NCBI GenBank assembly: GCA_051294905.1
Contig: CM119371.1
Location: 11,284,001-11,348,000, forward strand
DNA length: 64,000 bases
Reading direction: 5' to 3'
From: Botryllus schlosseri
Taxonomy: Eukaryota
Shown here: one piece after another, positions 38,392 through 51,635 of the stretch
Layout of the letters: every line of letters begins with the position of its first letter
Position numbering within the stretch: the first letter of the stretch is position 1
Position numbers and translations under genes: made by a program
Notes under the pieces: model-generated
What the model was told of the DNA's origin: nothing
The model's input: only the letters and a program-made list of their open reading frames with translations
The model's database searches: none

Positions 38392-38972
38392 CCCAAAGGG
38401 GTCGTTGGAAGCTTTACCCATCATTATACCAATCGCCACCACCTATCTTCGAGACCAGACCCGAATAGTAGTACAATTTGCAGACGCAGAATGCGTAATC
38501 TCAATACTCGGAAAAATTTGGAAAAAACACCATACTTGAATTTATGGCGATTGATGCTTAATCGGGACATCATTAGTTTTTAGTCATTCAATGTGTCACG
38601 GCGTCGTCCCTTTGCTTGCTTCACGTATCGATCAACCGATTACGTACTTATGAGAAGAGGAAGATGACACGGTGTAGATTTTGGCGAGGCATTGTTTCAG
38701 TAACACGTACCTCAACATGAGTAAATCTCGAAGCATATTGATTGGGAGTTCAGCGAACATCCGGAAACTTTAAAATAACGGAATGCCCTAGTCCTAATTC
38801 ATTCCTTGCAGACGAGGTCTGTATATAGCTTAAGTAACTTTCTTGACCAATGTTGCAACTCAGCAAAATTAAGGGCATTGATCGCCAACTAGTCAGTATT
38901 CAAGTGCGTGTTTGAGTAGGATGTGGAGTCTAACATTGAAGCTATACAAGTAGCCTATAGCAACTTCTACGA

Positions 38973-40594
38973 CAAGGGTCGGCAACCTACGGCCCGCGGT
39001 CCGGGTCCGGCCCGCCAAGCGAAATCGTCCGGCCCGCGACCAAGTAATTCGTTACCACAAGAATACGGCCCGCCGTTTCGTAATGAGTTCCAATCTGCAG
39101 TGCAGCACTGCTTGGAAAGAATGCGGCATTGCTGCGATCTAAGTATCCTACGTCGTATTAGTCTATTGTTACGCCATAAAACTGGTGAGAAGGCGGTTGA
39201 CTAGTAGCCTATCTCGTACTAAAAGTAGGAGATAGAGAATATCTGTAGAGCAGACTAGTCCAGTGCTCATTAGGGGGGTGTATCGTGCAACCAAAGGTAT
39301 ACCATACCTTTTTAAGGGTTTGCCACTCTGATAGGGTGCGACAATAAAGATGCCGTTCCTCTGCTTCAAAAACGCAATGACAAAATCTCAAACTTTCCGT
39401 TTCATTATAGATAACTAGCCTCCGCATAGGTTAGTCATCAGCAGTTTAATTCACCAGAGGACATTGTACGCCCGGCAACAAACCTGAATAGTGTTTTGGA
39501 CACAGTGGCGAAAGCTGATTTTGGTCTCACAAACTTAATCACCGACAGATAGCCTACCCCAGATATTACTAGAAGCAGAGAATCAATATGGCGATGTCCT
39601 GTCTGTATCTGCCATGTTCGCGCATCAAGTCGAGCAGATATGCTTGCACGAGTGGATGAACTGAGAAAAGAATTAGCAACTTTCCTTGAAAATACAAACA
39701 TCGCCGACTCATAATCTTGTCATCGAAATTGGTATCTAATCTTGCTTTCGTAGTACATTAAACGTCACATCTAAACAAATTGAATTTGCAACTTCATGGG
39801 GAAATAACTGAATACATGAGATGTTGAGGCGCATTCGAAACAAAACTTCGACTCTGGGAATTACAACAGTGAAAAAAAAATTATGCTCACTTTCCTATAC
39901 TGGAGGAGAGTAAACCTAGTACCAGCACTATACAGGTATACATTTGTAACTGTGATAGAAAATTTAATTACTGAATTGCCACCCGCTTTTCCGACGTTCG
40001 TTCTGTACAAAATTAATTCTGACTATTGCTCAGTACTCCGTTTAATGTGAACGCCAATAGCATTGCCTAAAATTTTCAAATGGGCCCATTTGAAATGCGA
40101 TGCAGTTGAATTGAATGACAAATTTCATGCAAAGAGCATATCGCTGCACGACTATGACAAAGAGTCCGTTATTGAAATGGGTCTTTATCACAGCTTGAAC
40201 AACAATGCAAAAGAAACGGCATCGACTTTTGGTAGCGCGCACGCATGTGAACAATAGTTTTCAACAATGAAATTCACAAAGAGCAAGCTAAGATCACGTA
40301 TTCCAACGCCCATTTAGAATATCGTCTGATTCTTGCTTCATCTGACTTGTTACCAGCAGAAGTTGAAAACCTTTCACAAAGCGAGCTGAGCCAAAGTGTC
40401 ACATTTATCCTGCGTTGCTGAAGTGTAAATACATGTGATTTGCCCTTTTTGTGATTTGTATGATTGAGATTGCATCAATGAAGGGTACTATACCGACGTT
40501 AGCGTTAAATATAGTATTAAGAAAAATTCCGGCCCGCGAAAAAGTTGTGCACTCGGAATTTGGCCCGTGACTAGCAAAAGGTTGCCGACCCCTG
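38973..40594 (+). mobile_element. Deleted, degenerate hAT-Charlie-type transposon with transposase remnants
   Basis: TIR CAAGGGTCGGCAAC / GTTGCCGACCCCTG; perfect TSD TTCTACGA; MLARVDELRKELATFLE and ASTFGSAHACEQ*FSTMKFTKSKLRSRI match Charlie-type transposase motifs. Confidence 0.92.
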
Positions 40595-40982
40595 TTCTAC
40601 GAAGTAGAAAAGGCACTTTTTACTAAGACTAGAGCAGGTACACATTTTTCCAATTTGTCATCAATACAGTTTATCAATTCATGTAGTAAAATCGTGTATT
40701 TGGTACATTCGATGACTCTACTGATGAAAGAACTGCATGTAACACGCTTAGCATTTTGATTAAAAAATTTAAGTGAGAAATATCAAATATAGACATTCGC
40801 TGATTCATAGCATCAGTGTATGTGTCTCGTTCCACTTTTCATCCTGCTTACATTTTTTTGCGATAACGTTGAATGTTTACTTTGCTTTCGGTTCTGTATC
40901 GCCGTTAAGGTGCTACATTACATATAGGCGTACTGGACAACAATTGTCTTGTAGTCGTTGTCCTTACACATAGGCTACTTAC

Positions 40983-41028
40983 CAATTTCTACGAGTACGA
41001 CCGTAATCAATACTAATAACGCAACCAT
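40983..41028 (-). CDS. Gene B first coding exon: signal peptide (MVALLVLITVVLVEI-G)
   Basis: ATG with an upstream in-frame stop, hydrophobic core, G|gtaagt phase-1 donor compatible with the mucin exon; homologue at 54552-54600. Confidence 0.7.
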
Positions 41029-41754
41029 ACCGTATGAGCAGCACAGGAACAAGTGCGCACGACTGTGAGTGACGGAATGCTCAATCGGTTGCGCAACAAT
41101 GGTCAATACGCTTGCGGTTTTCGCTGCTTCTCACCTGCTCCCATACGGCATTGTTGCGTCACAATACAAAACTCCGTTACAATGCAACATTCGAGGCCGA
41201 TTCTGGGAGGTTGCAGGACCACGAGCAGAATAAAATTTATATTTTTGCAATCAGTACCGCGGAAGCGTTCGATTGATAACTGTTTTCTCAAATTTGATGC
41301 TCGACAAGCCGGTCAAAAATTACCGTCAAATTGCATTTAGCCAAATGAAAAGTGTGATGTAGACCAATTTCATTGAGCCGTGAGATTTGCTTGTGTCCAC
41401 ACCATATAGGACACTATTGCTAAACTACTGGACTTCATAAATATTATAAACGAGAATAAGTAGGTAACATAATTCGTAACATCTGCAAAATGGAACTAAT
41501 CAGCGATTAATACCAAAGCTTGTCGCTCAAAGTGAAAGTCTTATTAAAGTGCATTTGCTTATATCTTGAAATGTATCCGCCCTACAGAATGACGCGAAGT
41601 ACGAATGCTGCTGCAAAGCATACACACGACCGCCCGTGAGATCAATGGACCTTGTAGGTTTTTGCTGAAATGATATCGAGATTTTAATGATATATTTATG
41701 TCAGAAAATAACGACAAAACAATAATATGGAAGAATTACCATAGTTCACAAACC

Positions 41755-41760
41755 TTTATT
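41755..41760 (-). promoter_or_regulatory. Probable polyadenylation signal (AATAAA) of gene C
   Basis: First minus-strand AATAAA I found downstream of the 42264 stop (~500 nt); conserved in the paralogous block at 62835-62840. Confidence 0.55.
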
Positions 41761-42263
41761 CAAACCTTGTTCATATCGGCAGAAGTGATCAATTAAGATA
41801 TTTTGTCATAAATGTTTGAGGTAACAAACATATTTGCTGTTACCTTCCTGTAGCACACGCTTTGCAGGCGCTCTTGGTATTGGGTCACTTGTGCATCTAA
41901 TTTTTCAACAATTTACGGACATGGCGGACATTTGCGGACTTCGGATATCCAGTTTATATTGAGTTGGCCTACGAAAATTAGTTTATGCGCCGATTGGATT
42001 CATGCGTATTGATAGAATCAATTTGCAGCGACATTTTCCCCTAATGACGTCTTGTGCATCCCCGAATCTGGTCAAAGTAGTCTGTTTTTCTACTCAAGTA
42101 GAGGTGGAAGTAAGGCCGTATATTTTGACTCAACTACAAGTGGATGGTATGCACTGAACACGATATTAATAAAATGTTGTAAAACCAAAATTCCAAGTTA
42201 TTTCATCATCCTGTCATGTAGTGCCATCAATCAACACTCTTTAACAAGTCCCGAAGTGAATGT

Positions 42264-42483
42264 TTATCTGTCAACGACCTCGTAGGTATCACCACCGGCT
42301 TGTGCAGAATTGGAAGTCATATCGATCCCAGATTCATACGCATTTTTTTCTTCGAGTTTCGCTCCAGAACATATCCCGTCGTTGTCGTACGATGATTGCT
42401 TTCGCGATTCATCCAATTCGTAAATTTCGTATTCGTTCACCTCTGAGTGAACATGTAAGCTGCCGTCTTTTCTACGTCCATTT
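42264..42483 (-). CDS. Gene C terminal exon: cytoplasmic tail (RNGRRKDGSLHVHSEVNEYEIYELDESRKQSSYDND..ICSG..NAYESG..GGDTYEVVDR*)
   Basis: cttttaag|A phase-2 acceptor in frame with TM exon 43534-43636; aligns with the A and B tails. Confidence 0.87.
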
Positions 42484-43533
42484 CTTAAAAGCAGTGAAAT
42501 GATATGTTTTAATATGTATCGGCATGAATTAACATACTGAATCAGTTTATGGTTTGCGCACTATACCCGGCAACGTCGAGATAGACCATGAAGCCTCAGA
42601 CAAGTCAAACAAATTGATATGGTGCACTAAATCCCTCATCCATACGATGCATCAGTTGAAGCCGGCACCAATTGTTGACGAGCTTCCCCATAGGACTTTA
42701 ACATGATCATTCCATACCCTATAGCGGTTCGAGCTCGGCATGACCTCTGGATTATTAGTAATTTTACAGGCCGATATTCGACTCGATGCATATGCAATGT
42801 TGTAATAAACGTATGCGATTATTATTGTGTTTGTTGATTGTAGATTTATTAAATAATGTGAACCGCGGCTTGCGCTATACGGATCTCTTACAAAGATATA
42901 AAAAGGTTTTATATTTAAACTAGAGCAAATTAGCAAATTCAATAGACCTTTTTTGTATTCAGCGCCCAAAAAGGAATAAGAATCGACCTTATCGGATGCA
43001 AAAAAAAAATTTTGAAAATTTGTTGGACGGTGTAACAAGCACGACATGCTAGAATGATAGTGATCGACCCGCAGCATTGCAACAATTCGTCATTCATGAC
43101 ATATTAGTGTCATTATAATAATGCATAATAATAAGTCTTTACTCATTATGTGGGGATGGCATTATTCGCAGTCCAATACAAAGGTACGTATTTCAGCACT
43201 TGAAGCCAGGTTTATCAAGATAGCGTGATGATGAGTGGCACCCGAATACTTCACTCGACTCAGTTTCGACTCATCATTGCGACGCAACGACGAAATTCTT
43301 TATGTATCACGAATATATTTGAAAACGCATTTCCAATTATTAAATTAAATTTGGCATTATGAACAAGTTGTTTGTTGCGATTATACATTTTATATTCAAA
43401 AATAAGTATTTTCCATGAATTTTGGAACGATTTGCAACGTTTTTTTGTATATATGGCGCCATCAGAGAATGGCATCATTAATAGGTCACAACGGACTACA
43501 AAAATTCTTATCAAAGCTGCAACTGAAACTCAC

Positions 43534-43636
43534 CTAATGTATTTGATTATGAATACTCCAATGAAAATCAGCAGCAGGCAGCTTGCCGCTGATGCAATGA
43601 TTGCAATAATAGTTGCGAGACTTTCAGACTCCATGC
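43534..43636 (-). CDS. Gene C transmembrane exon (G-MESESLATIIAIIASAASCLLLIFIGVFIIKYIR)
   Basis: catttcag|GC acceptor, AG|gtgagt donor, 103 nt, phase 1-2, same length as in A and B. Confidence 0.9.
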
Positions 43637-44156
43637 CTGAAATGAATGAATACACCTTTCGTTCGCTTTGAAATTACCAACTATGGAGGTGAAATCCAGT
43701 CTGGCGCAGATGTTGTTGTTCACGCTTTAGTATTTATGCTGTTTTGAATTAATTAGTCATTCTACACGAGATCGATATTTTTAATAACGAATCCTTATCT
43801 ACCGAATTTTAGAACTACCAAGCCTCCGTTTCAGGTTTTCAAGACACCACCTTCGCATATCGGTTGGCGAGAACGCCCAGATAAAGCTCTAAGACGGTGT
43901 TTTTCCAACTATCCAAAAAAATCACGCAACGGTCCCCATGCAATTTCCAAAATGACTTATAGTTCCTCTCGTTGGCTTCGCTGGTATCAATGTTAGGCGT
44001 GTAGGTACAAAAAGCCTAGAAGTAATAGGCAGTGCTATCAGACGGCTGTTTCCTAATCGAAAATAATGAATGTTGGCCTAGTGTAAATGAGTGTAGTGTA
44101 GTCGACCAACTCCATGAATACCACAAACAACAACAACCAAATGTAGTTCTCAAAAT

Positions 44157-44741
44157 CAGGGTTGTAATGACTCGAGTCATGACTCGACTCGAGTCCGACT
44201 CGAGTCACGATTTTCGGATGACTCGACTCGACTAGAGTCATTTTCTCAAAATACGGAAATGACTCGACTCGACTCGAGTCAATCTGTGTATTGACTCGAC
44301 TTGGACTCGAGTCATTGCGCATGAGTCGAAGCAAGTCATTGACTCGAGATTCAGACGGCCAAGACCGACATTTCATTGTAATTTCGAAGCGAACACACTA
44401 TTGCGATTTCATTTGTTGGTACATGTGCTTGAAAATGGGATCAAAAACTGCTAAAAGTGAGCAAAATTGATATATTATAAATGCGAACCATTCAATATCA
44501 CCATACAGAGTTATTAAAAGTGGGTTTAGGATGACTTTAACTGGAAACTGAGCAGTCAACACAATGACTTGGACTCGGACTCGAGTCATAATACCATGAC
44601 TCGGACTCGATCCTCTGTTCGCTGACTTGGACTCGGACTTGACTCGGTGGGAATTGAAAATGACTCGACTTGACTCGAGTCAAAAATTTAAAAGTGAGAT
44701 TGACTAGTGACTCGGAGCCTTGTGACTTGGTTACAACCCTG
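44157..44741. mobile_element. hAT MITE with (GACTCGAGTC) arrays
   Basis: TIR CAGGGTTGTAA / TTACAACCCTG; perfect TSD CTCAAAAT; empty site at ~46465. Confidence 0.92.
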
Positions 44742-45004
44742 CTCAAAATTACTTTTTCAATGTATATATTTTAGTTAAACTATACCAAAAATAGTATATT
44801 CTTAATCAAATAAACCCGAATGTGCTCAACTAACATTCGTCAGGGGTAATCGTCAGCAACTAGCAGAGAATTTAAACGAGTTTATTGAAACGGGTTTATT
44901 TCAATATATTTTTTTTATTTGTCGAGTCGATTTCTATATCTCCCACACTTCTACTTGAATTCAATTCATCGTTACAATTTGATCAGTAGATAACAACTTC
45001 ATAC

Positions 45005-45148
45005 CTACTCCCGTACTTTGACTGGTACCTGTAGATTCAAATTGGCCCGCCGTTGTTATCTTGCCCAATGGTGTGGATACATACATAGTATCGGTAGTTG
45101 TGGCGGTGGTGGCTGACGCCGCTGCAGTAGTACTGGTCTCCGTGCTGT
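45005..45148 (-). CDS. Gene C mucin-like exon (D-STETSTTAAASATTATTTDTMYVSTPLGKITTAGQFESTGTSQSTGV-G)
   Basis: cttgtgatag|AC acceptor, G|gtatga donor, 144 nt, phase 1-1. Confidence 0.8.
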
Positions 45149-45365
45149 CTATCACAAGAATAACGACTGAGTCATCACTGCGATTGTTAAGTTTTGTGTC
45201 GGAACGCAAAATCTGAGAAGATTGTTTCCTATCGGTCATGAACCTTTTTATATGGCTGGCTTGGGTGGATCGGAAACTCATGTTATTCAATTTAAATTTA
45301 ATATGCAAGATTCAAAATTTGAAGATCTCAGGTTAAACCTCTGGAATTTGGAAGTTCGCGTACAC

Positions 45366-45548
45366 TAGGGTTACCATATTTTTAAAACACAAATTCCGGA
45401 CGCTCTTTGGCGTCCACTAGCGGATTTCAAAATGAGTTTACTTCAAAATTCCGGACATTTAGGCATATTTTAGAAATTCCTCCTGGACGCCGTTTTAACA
45501 GTGAAATTCCGGACATGTCCGGGAAATTCCGGCCGTATGGCAACCCTA
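45366..45548. mobile_element. 183-bp hAT MITE (TAGGGTTACC family)
   Basis: TAGGGTTACCAT / ATGGCAACCCTA; perfect TSD GCGTACAC; TCCGGACA repeats. Confidence 0.92.
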
Positions 45549-46847
45549 GCGTACACAGACGAACCATTTTCGCGTGTTACACTTTTCACGTCATTAAAAC
45601 GTCTTTGGTTGACATTCTGTGTTGAAATGCGAAGAATGCATGGCGCCGGCAGCATGAAATAAAATTCAGCCCTAAACGAGCTTGCACCTTGCCAATTTCA
45701 AACATTGTGTGCTCGAAAGTGTGCACATAATATTCAACTTTCCGTTTGTTAAGCTTTAGTGACGTTCGACTGTCAGTTTTGCCCGCAATGACACAATAAC
45801 AAGAACGAAACACACTACATGTAGGAAGTCAGTAAATTGTGCCTAGTCAACCAATCAGTTATTTACATCAACAAAATTGATATGAGGAATGCATCGATGT
45901 CGAATGTATAATATCTGTCAGGCGTACGGGATCTATCTTGATTTGAGATCCTTATTGCATCTTAAAAGCAAATCCGTCCGATTGAGAAGTTGGTTACTGT
46001 ATACTAGGGCTGTTTAAAAAAAGCTTTTTTTCTTGAATCTTGCCGGCTATGTGATTAAATCGTTAGGTTGCCTTTAAACGACGCACACCAAATTATAATT
46101 CATTCCAACCAGTAATCGCGGATTTCGCAGAGTTTGAAAATTTTGAATGGACCCAAAAATTGCAAAATGTTTTTTTTCCAATTTTTTTGTCAACCCCATG
46201 AAATTGTTGCACTGTCTTCAAAAACTATGCAAAACAAATTTGACTCAATTCCTACCCGCAGAAGCACAGTTATTTGAGTTTTTCGATGATAATTCATGGA
46301 TTATCCACCGATCAAGGATATTCCCCGAATTATCAAAGAAAAACTCAAATAAATACGCCTCTACCGATTGGAATTGAGTCAAATTTGTTTTGCATAGTGT
46401 CTGGTGCAAATGACCATTGTAGTCGACAACCGCCAATAATACCACAAACAACAACAACAACCATATGTAGTTTTCTAAACTTATTATTTAAGTACTTCAC
46501 GACATTTCCAAAATAGTCATGAGTGTTGGCTGATAGATTCGTGACAGGCATCGTCGCGAATTACTGATGAGGCTGGTTTATCGAGTAATTTACGTATTCT
46601 ATGGAATTCACTTTATATATTTTAATTACAATATACGAAAGGTGGTATATTTGTTTTCAAATAAACTTCAACTGACAATCGTCAGGGGTAATCGTTAGCA
46701 ACTAGCATAGAATTGAAACGAGTTCATTAAAACGGGTTCATTTCAATATCAATATTTCATTTGTATTGTCGATTCCTGCACCTCCAATACTTCTACTTGA
46801 ATTCAATTCATCTGTACAATTTGATAAGCAGAATAACCAATCCATAC

Positions 46848-46988
46848 TAATTCCCGTACTTTGGATTGTACCTGTGGATTCAAGTTGGCCCGCCGTTGGT
46901 CTCATGCCAAATGGTGTGGATACATACATATTATCAGTGGTGGTGACGGTGGTGGTTGCAGCAGCAGTAGTACTGGTCTCCGCGATGT
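46848..46988 (-). CDS. Gene C mucin-like exon, duplicate (D-IAETSTTAAATTTVTTTDNMYVSTPFGMRPTAGQLESTGTIQSTGI-)
   Basis: cttgtgatag|AC acceptor, A|gtatgg donor, 141 nt, phase 1-1; the indel versus the sister exon is in frame. Confidence 0.78.
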
Positions 46989-47229
46989 CTATCACAAGAA
47001 TAACATGTAAGACATCACTGCGATTGTTAAGTTTTGTGTCGGAATACAAAATCTATGAAGGCTGTTTCCTACCAAGTATGAACCTTTTCATATGGCTGGC
47101 ATTGGTCGATCGGAAACTGTTATTCGATTAAAATTTAATATGTCAAAGTTAAAATTTGAAGATCTCACGAAAGACCCCTGGAATTTGGAAGTTCGCCATC
47201 ACAACTGATGAATAAGATGATAAAGAAAT

Positions 47230-47830
47230 TTGAAGGCATTGCATTTTATCATGATCGGGGGTCCTAGCTTTGCAAACGACCGGTACCAAATTTAAAGAAT
47301 TGTAAGTTAAACTCGGGTAACAAGAAAAAGACTGATCTGCAAGAGGTGCACCACAGCAACAAGCGGCCAAGTAAGCATACAGAGAACTCTTCTATATCTG
47401 CACAAGCAAATTATTCTCCCCATAGGAGTGATTTTGAAGTTGCACAATATTTATCCGAGCCTCCATCGAAATTTATTACTCTGAAAGTCACTGGACACCA
47501 CGCCAACGAGAGAGATCTATGTCAGGTTTTTGATCGTTGATTTAGTTGAGATGGAATCCTTGTTCACATTGATGGTATGGTGGTAGAACACTATTGGAAT
47601 AGTGTTCCAGTTTAAGAATGTCATAGGTATCTGCATTTCGTGAGTGCATACGAATTCGTGAAAAATGGTCAGATAAGAGCCACCAGAACGTATGATAAAA
47701 TTAAATACCGACCACGCCATATGCTTACCGACGACAGAAAACTGCCAGACTGTCTCTTACAAAGCGTGGAAGATCCCCAGCAAAGATTTCACTATTTCGA
47801 AAAATCAACACATCAATCTGATTGGTATTG
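47230..47830 (+). mobile_element. Highly degenerate LINE RT C-terminal fragment (RTE-like?)
   Basis: Fragments such as FIRASIEIYYSESHWT and RHMLTDDRKLPDCLL loosely resemble RTE ORF C-terminal motifs; many stops and frameshifts. Confidence 0.35.
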
Positions 47831-48469
47831 AATTTTTCTCAACTAAATCAATTCCTGTGTTGTGTTGTTTCGCTTCGCAATCCATTTCTCCGTTCTGTTC
47901 TTATGCTTAATTGAATGATAAGATATTTACAATGTGACTGTGCGATTGGATGGTGCATCTATAGTTACATTCGTTTACATGGTAAATCGTGCAAATTGAT
48001 GCTCAGTTTCAGGTAAGTTTGAGGTTCAAGGATGTATGCAATATGAAAATGGAGTCCTGAACTTGGAATAATATCTACAGTGCGGTTTTGCATCACCCCA
48101 AACCACAGTGGATGCTGAGAACCAGACATATATGGCATTTTAGTAGGATATGTAAAATCGCGGATTTCAAATCTTAGGGGAATCCCTCCTTTTCAGTCGA
48201 TATTCCTCCAACTCAACATGCACACAGATGCAATGGATGGGTCACAGAAAAAAAGTAGATAGAATACGTTTTTAAGGCATAAAGCACGGGAAACGGACTG
48301 AAAACCATGACGTTTTTAAAGTCGGTCAATTCTGAACAACCCTAATGCTCATGTTCATTGCACATTGTAACGAAGATATTTGTAGTGACATTACGACGAG
48401 ATGTCGTAGTAATAGGTATTATGGTATTATGTCGGCCTGGTAACTCGGGTAATATTAAGTTATAATTAC

Positions 48470-48586
48470 CATCAGTAGTACTCCTGTTAATGTGCATAGA
48501 TTTCCATTCATCAGTCGTGTTTATTGTGCCTTGTGCTGTCGTAGTCGTAGTGGGACGTAGGGTAGGAGGAGGAGGATCCGTGTTAC
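48470..48586 (-). CDS. Gene C mucin-like exon (G-NTDPPPPTLRPTTTTTAQGTINTTDEWKSMHINRSTTD-G)
   Basis: ttagcag|GT acceptor, G|gtaatt donor, 117 nt, phase 1-1; direct homologue of 29890-30060. Confidence 0.85.
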
Positions 48587-50439
48587 CTGCTAATCAATTA
48601 GGTGTAATAATATCGTCAAAAAAAGTTTCCAAGAGTGGTATATTAATTATATGGATGTCCGCACTTGTCGATATTGTAATGGGAGGGAATTTAATCACAA
48701 TCCTTTCAATTTGAACTCTCACGTCCTTGCTTATGTAAAATCGGATCACTACTGTACTTTATAATAATTTCATTAACAGAAATAAAATATATTAGTAGCC
48801 TACCCATGTCTCAAATGAGAGAATAAATTACTCTGCTTACTTATCACTCAATTTTATGTGATAGCATATAAAATATAATCAAGTTAGACGCGGGGCTGGC
48901 TATCTATATGAGTAAACATGGAGATATAACGGTGTCGACCAAGCCTAAGATGCCCGACGATATATTACGAGGCTCTCAAAATTGAATTATTCCTCTTCAT
49001 TCCCTTAAGATTTTCTTACTCAATATTGGACAGACTTGACTTGGTTTGAAATGCCTTATTCCAATCACACGACATCATAAAGCATATGAACCGATTTTAA
49101 ATCAGTGATTTATGCTGCTCATGGATGAGTAAAAGAAAATCATGAAAACCTAAAATGATTATAATAACAATAAACATTGTTAATTTCGGTAGATTTTCAT
49201 GAATGAATATATTTTTAACATTATTACAGCCAAAATCGCGGGATTTGCATATTTAAAGTTAAAAATATGTAGAGCTGAATGAATCCGAAATTATAAGACG
49301 CTCATAATTTATGATAACTGGCATCATCGAGTGCTACTTTTTGCACTGATCCAAAAAAATATCGATGATGTCAGAGCAGCAGAACCACATGCCAAATCGT
49401 CCAAGACCTTGTAATTGCTACGTACAAAGACCGCGTATAGAGACACAATAACTGACCGGACACATATTACTCTGCCTCACTGATTGTTGGCTAACTGTAC
49501 GACTATCGCGGCGCAGTGAGACACAATCCAGCGCCATCGAATTCGTGTATCGATGATTAGGGATGAATCGCGTTGTTGCGAATTCCAACATGTAGCGCAG
49601 AGCAAGTGCATTCCCCTACTAATGTAGACGTTAATGTATTTTGAATCACTAACTACCTACAATTGTGGGTATTTATAGTAGCTTCTTACACAGCCTGCGT
49701 GTAAACAGTACTGATGTGATAAGAAACAGGCCTCCAACTGCATCAGCTACGATTTAGGGTTCATAAATTTATAAATATGATTCTAATCGGGTCTGTACCT
49801 CACCAATCATGAACCACACCGCATGTCACTTCGTGAATCATACGATTTCGCGAATGTTGGCCGCTTCTTTAGCCACGTTATTTCAATGAAATCCATTGCA
49901 CAAGATTGCGTCACTAACGATAGAGACCTGCCTAATTTGATGGCAAATTTTCGTAAGAATACAATATGCCAGTAACATCGGAATTTACGACATATTATGG
50001 TAATAGAATGATGTAGCCTACATTATCGGAATAGTATTTTCGGTTGGTGTTCTTAAATACTATAAGCGGCCATTTTCATCAGGCGCCATATGAAGCAGTT
50101 CGGGGACCATAAAGCACCTGTTGACTAAATCATAGGGGGCACCACGGATTTAGGCCTCAGGACAGAGATACTAAAATTATTTCGATTAGGGTTCAGCTGA
50201 TCATTTCCGTCTCAAATATATAGTATTAGATATCAGTTTTGAGATCAAGTAACTACCTTCGAGTCACTAATCATGTCGAGTCAAGTCAATCAAGTTTCGA
50301 AGGTGACTCGAGGCAAGTCAAGTCACTGGTTTTTGGAGGTGACACGAGTCAACTCAAATCGAGTCAAGTCATGAGTAAAGACACAATTCAAGTAATATCG
50401 AATTTTCGAAGTATATGAATGATGATTCACAGTCATTAC

Positions 50440-50878
50440 TAGGACAAGTTTTTGTTGCAGTTAAATCCTAGGAAAGTTGCATTAATTATTGAAAAAAGTT
50501 GCAGAAGTTGCATTTTGACCACATTTTGCTCGGTTGACCAAAAAAAAGGTCAACTTTCCAGATTCACTAAAAAAAACGGTCAATTTTCCGGCTCAGCTTC
50601 CGAAATACGAAAAAGCTTTACTTCGGTGCTGGTTTACGGTGTTTCAGTCGAATTTGGCCGTGTATTTCACCAAAATCGAAAATACTTTCATGAAAAATCG
50701 AAACAGTTGCAAAATGTTGCAAAAAGTTTCATGAAAAAAATGGACAAAAGTTGCAAAAAGTTGCACTATTAGATTCCTTCAACCAGCTTGAAACAGCATT
50801 CTACATATCTTACGAGTGTTTAGGAAGCTACCGGAAGCTGTAAAAAGAAGTTGCAAAAGTTGCAAAAAACTTGCCCTA
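50440..50878. mobile_element. hAT MITE (TAGGACAAG / CTTGCCCTA termini, AGTTGCA arrays)
   Basis: TIR-like ends; TSD GTCATTAC/GTAATTAC (7/8). Confidence 0.75.
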
Positions 50879-51635
50879 GTAATTACATTTTGCTAGCTTT
50901 GTGAAAGACGATTGGCCATGTATCTTGAATTAAATATACATACAATATGGCATTTCATCGCTCACGCACACGTAGAACTGCTGATAATATACGTGAGGCA
51001 AGATAGAGGATCGAATACGAAGCCTCGAGAAGTTGAAGCAAATTGATACGGCACAGTACATCACCCAGCTACACATCCGCTAGAATATAACTGCATAAAC
51101 TACCGGTATATTCGTAAGATTTGAATCATATACAAGATAGTTGGGGACGAGTCGTCTAAGAAACAGAGATACATTGCTATTATAATAATCTACGGCACAT
51201 TACCGGAGGCTGTGATCATTTCGTTTGCGGTTAATTTATTTTTGATATGACATTAGAGGATCAATGAAACGTGCTATCCGTGAATAAATGGTTGCTCTCA
51301 CAGGTCATACCGGCGTTTCGCCACCAACACAAACATAATCAAGATATATTGATTTGATCGGCACCGTGTATTTGATGACTTGAAATTGACTCGTAAATTT
51401 TGCTCCTAGCAACGAGTCAATCCACATGTCTGAAGCGCCGAGTCAAGTCAAGTTAACTCATTTTTGCAAAGTTTATACGGAAAAATGACTCTAGTCATCC
51501 CAACCCTGTTAGATATACTGTTGCCTAAGAAATAAACACATCAAGAGTAAACGGAACGTCACCGTCATGTGGCATATGACATATCAAATCATTAGGTTTG
51601 CTTGCGACGATTTCAAGTTTTATTCCAGTGATCGG

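Larger units (their letters stand above)
44050..47200. repeat. Tandem duplication (~44050-45360 vs ~46400-47200) that doubled a mucin exon
   Basis: Both units carry a SINE tail, CGTCAGGGGTAATCGT, the exon and GGAATTTGGAAGTTCGC; the two MITEs occur only in the left unit. Confidence 0.88.

Noticed and set aside
44157-44741. Regularly spaced palindromic GACTCGAGTC repeats, superficially CRISPR-like
   Set aside because: Irregular spacing, bounded by TIRs and an 8-bp TSD in a eukaryotic intron; these are hAT subterminal repeats
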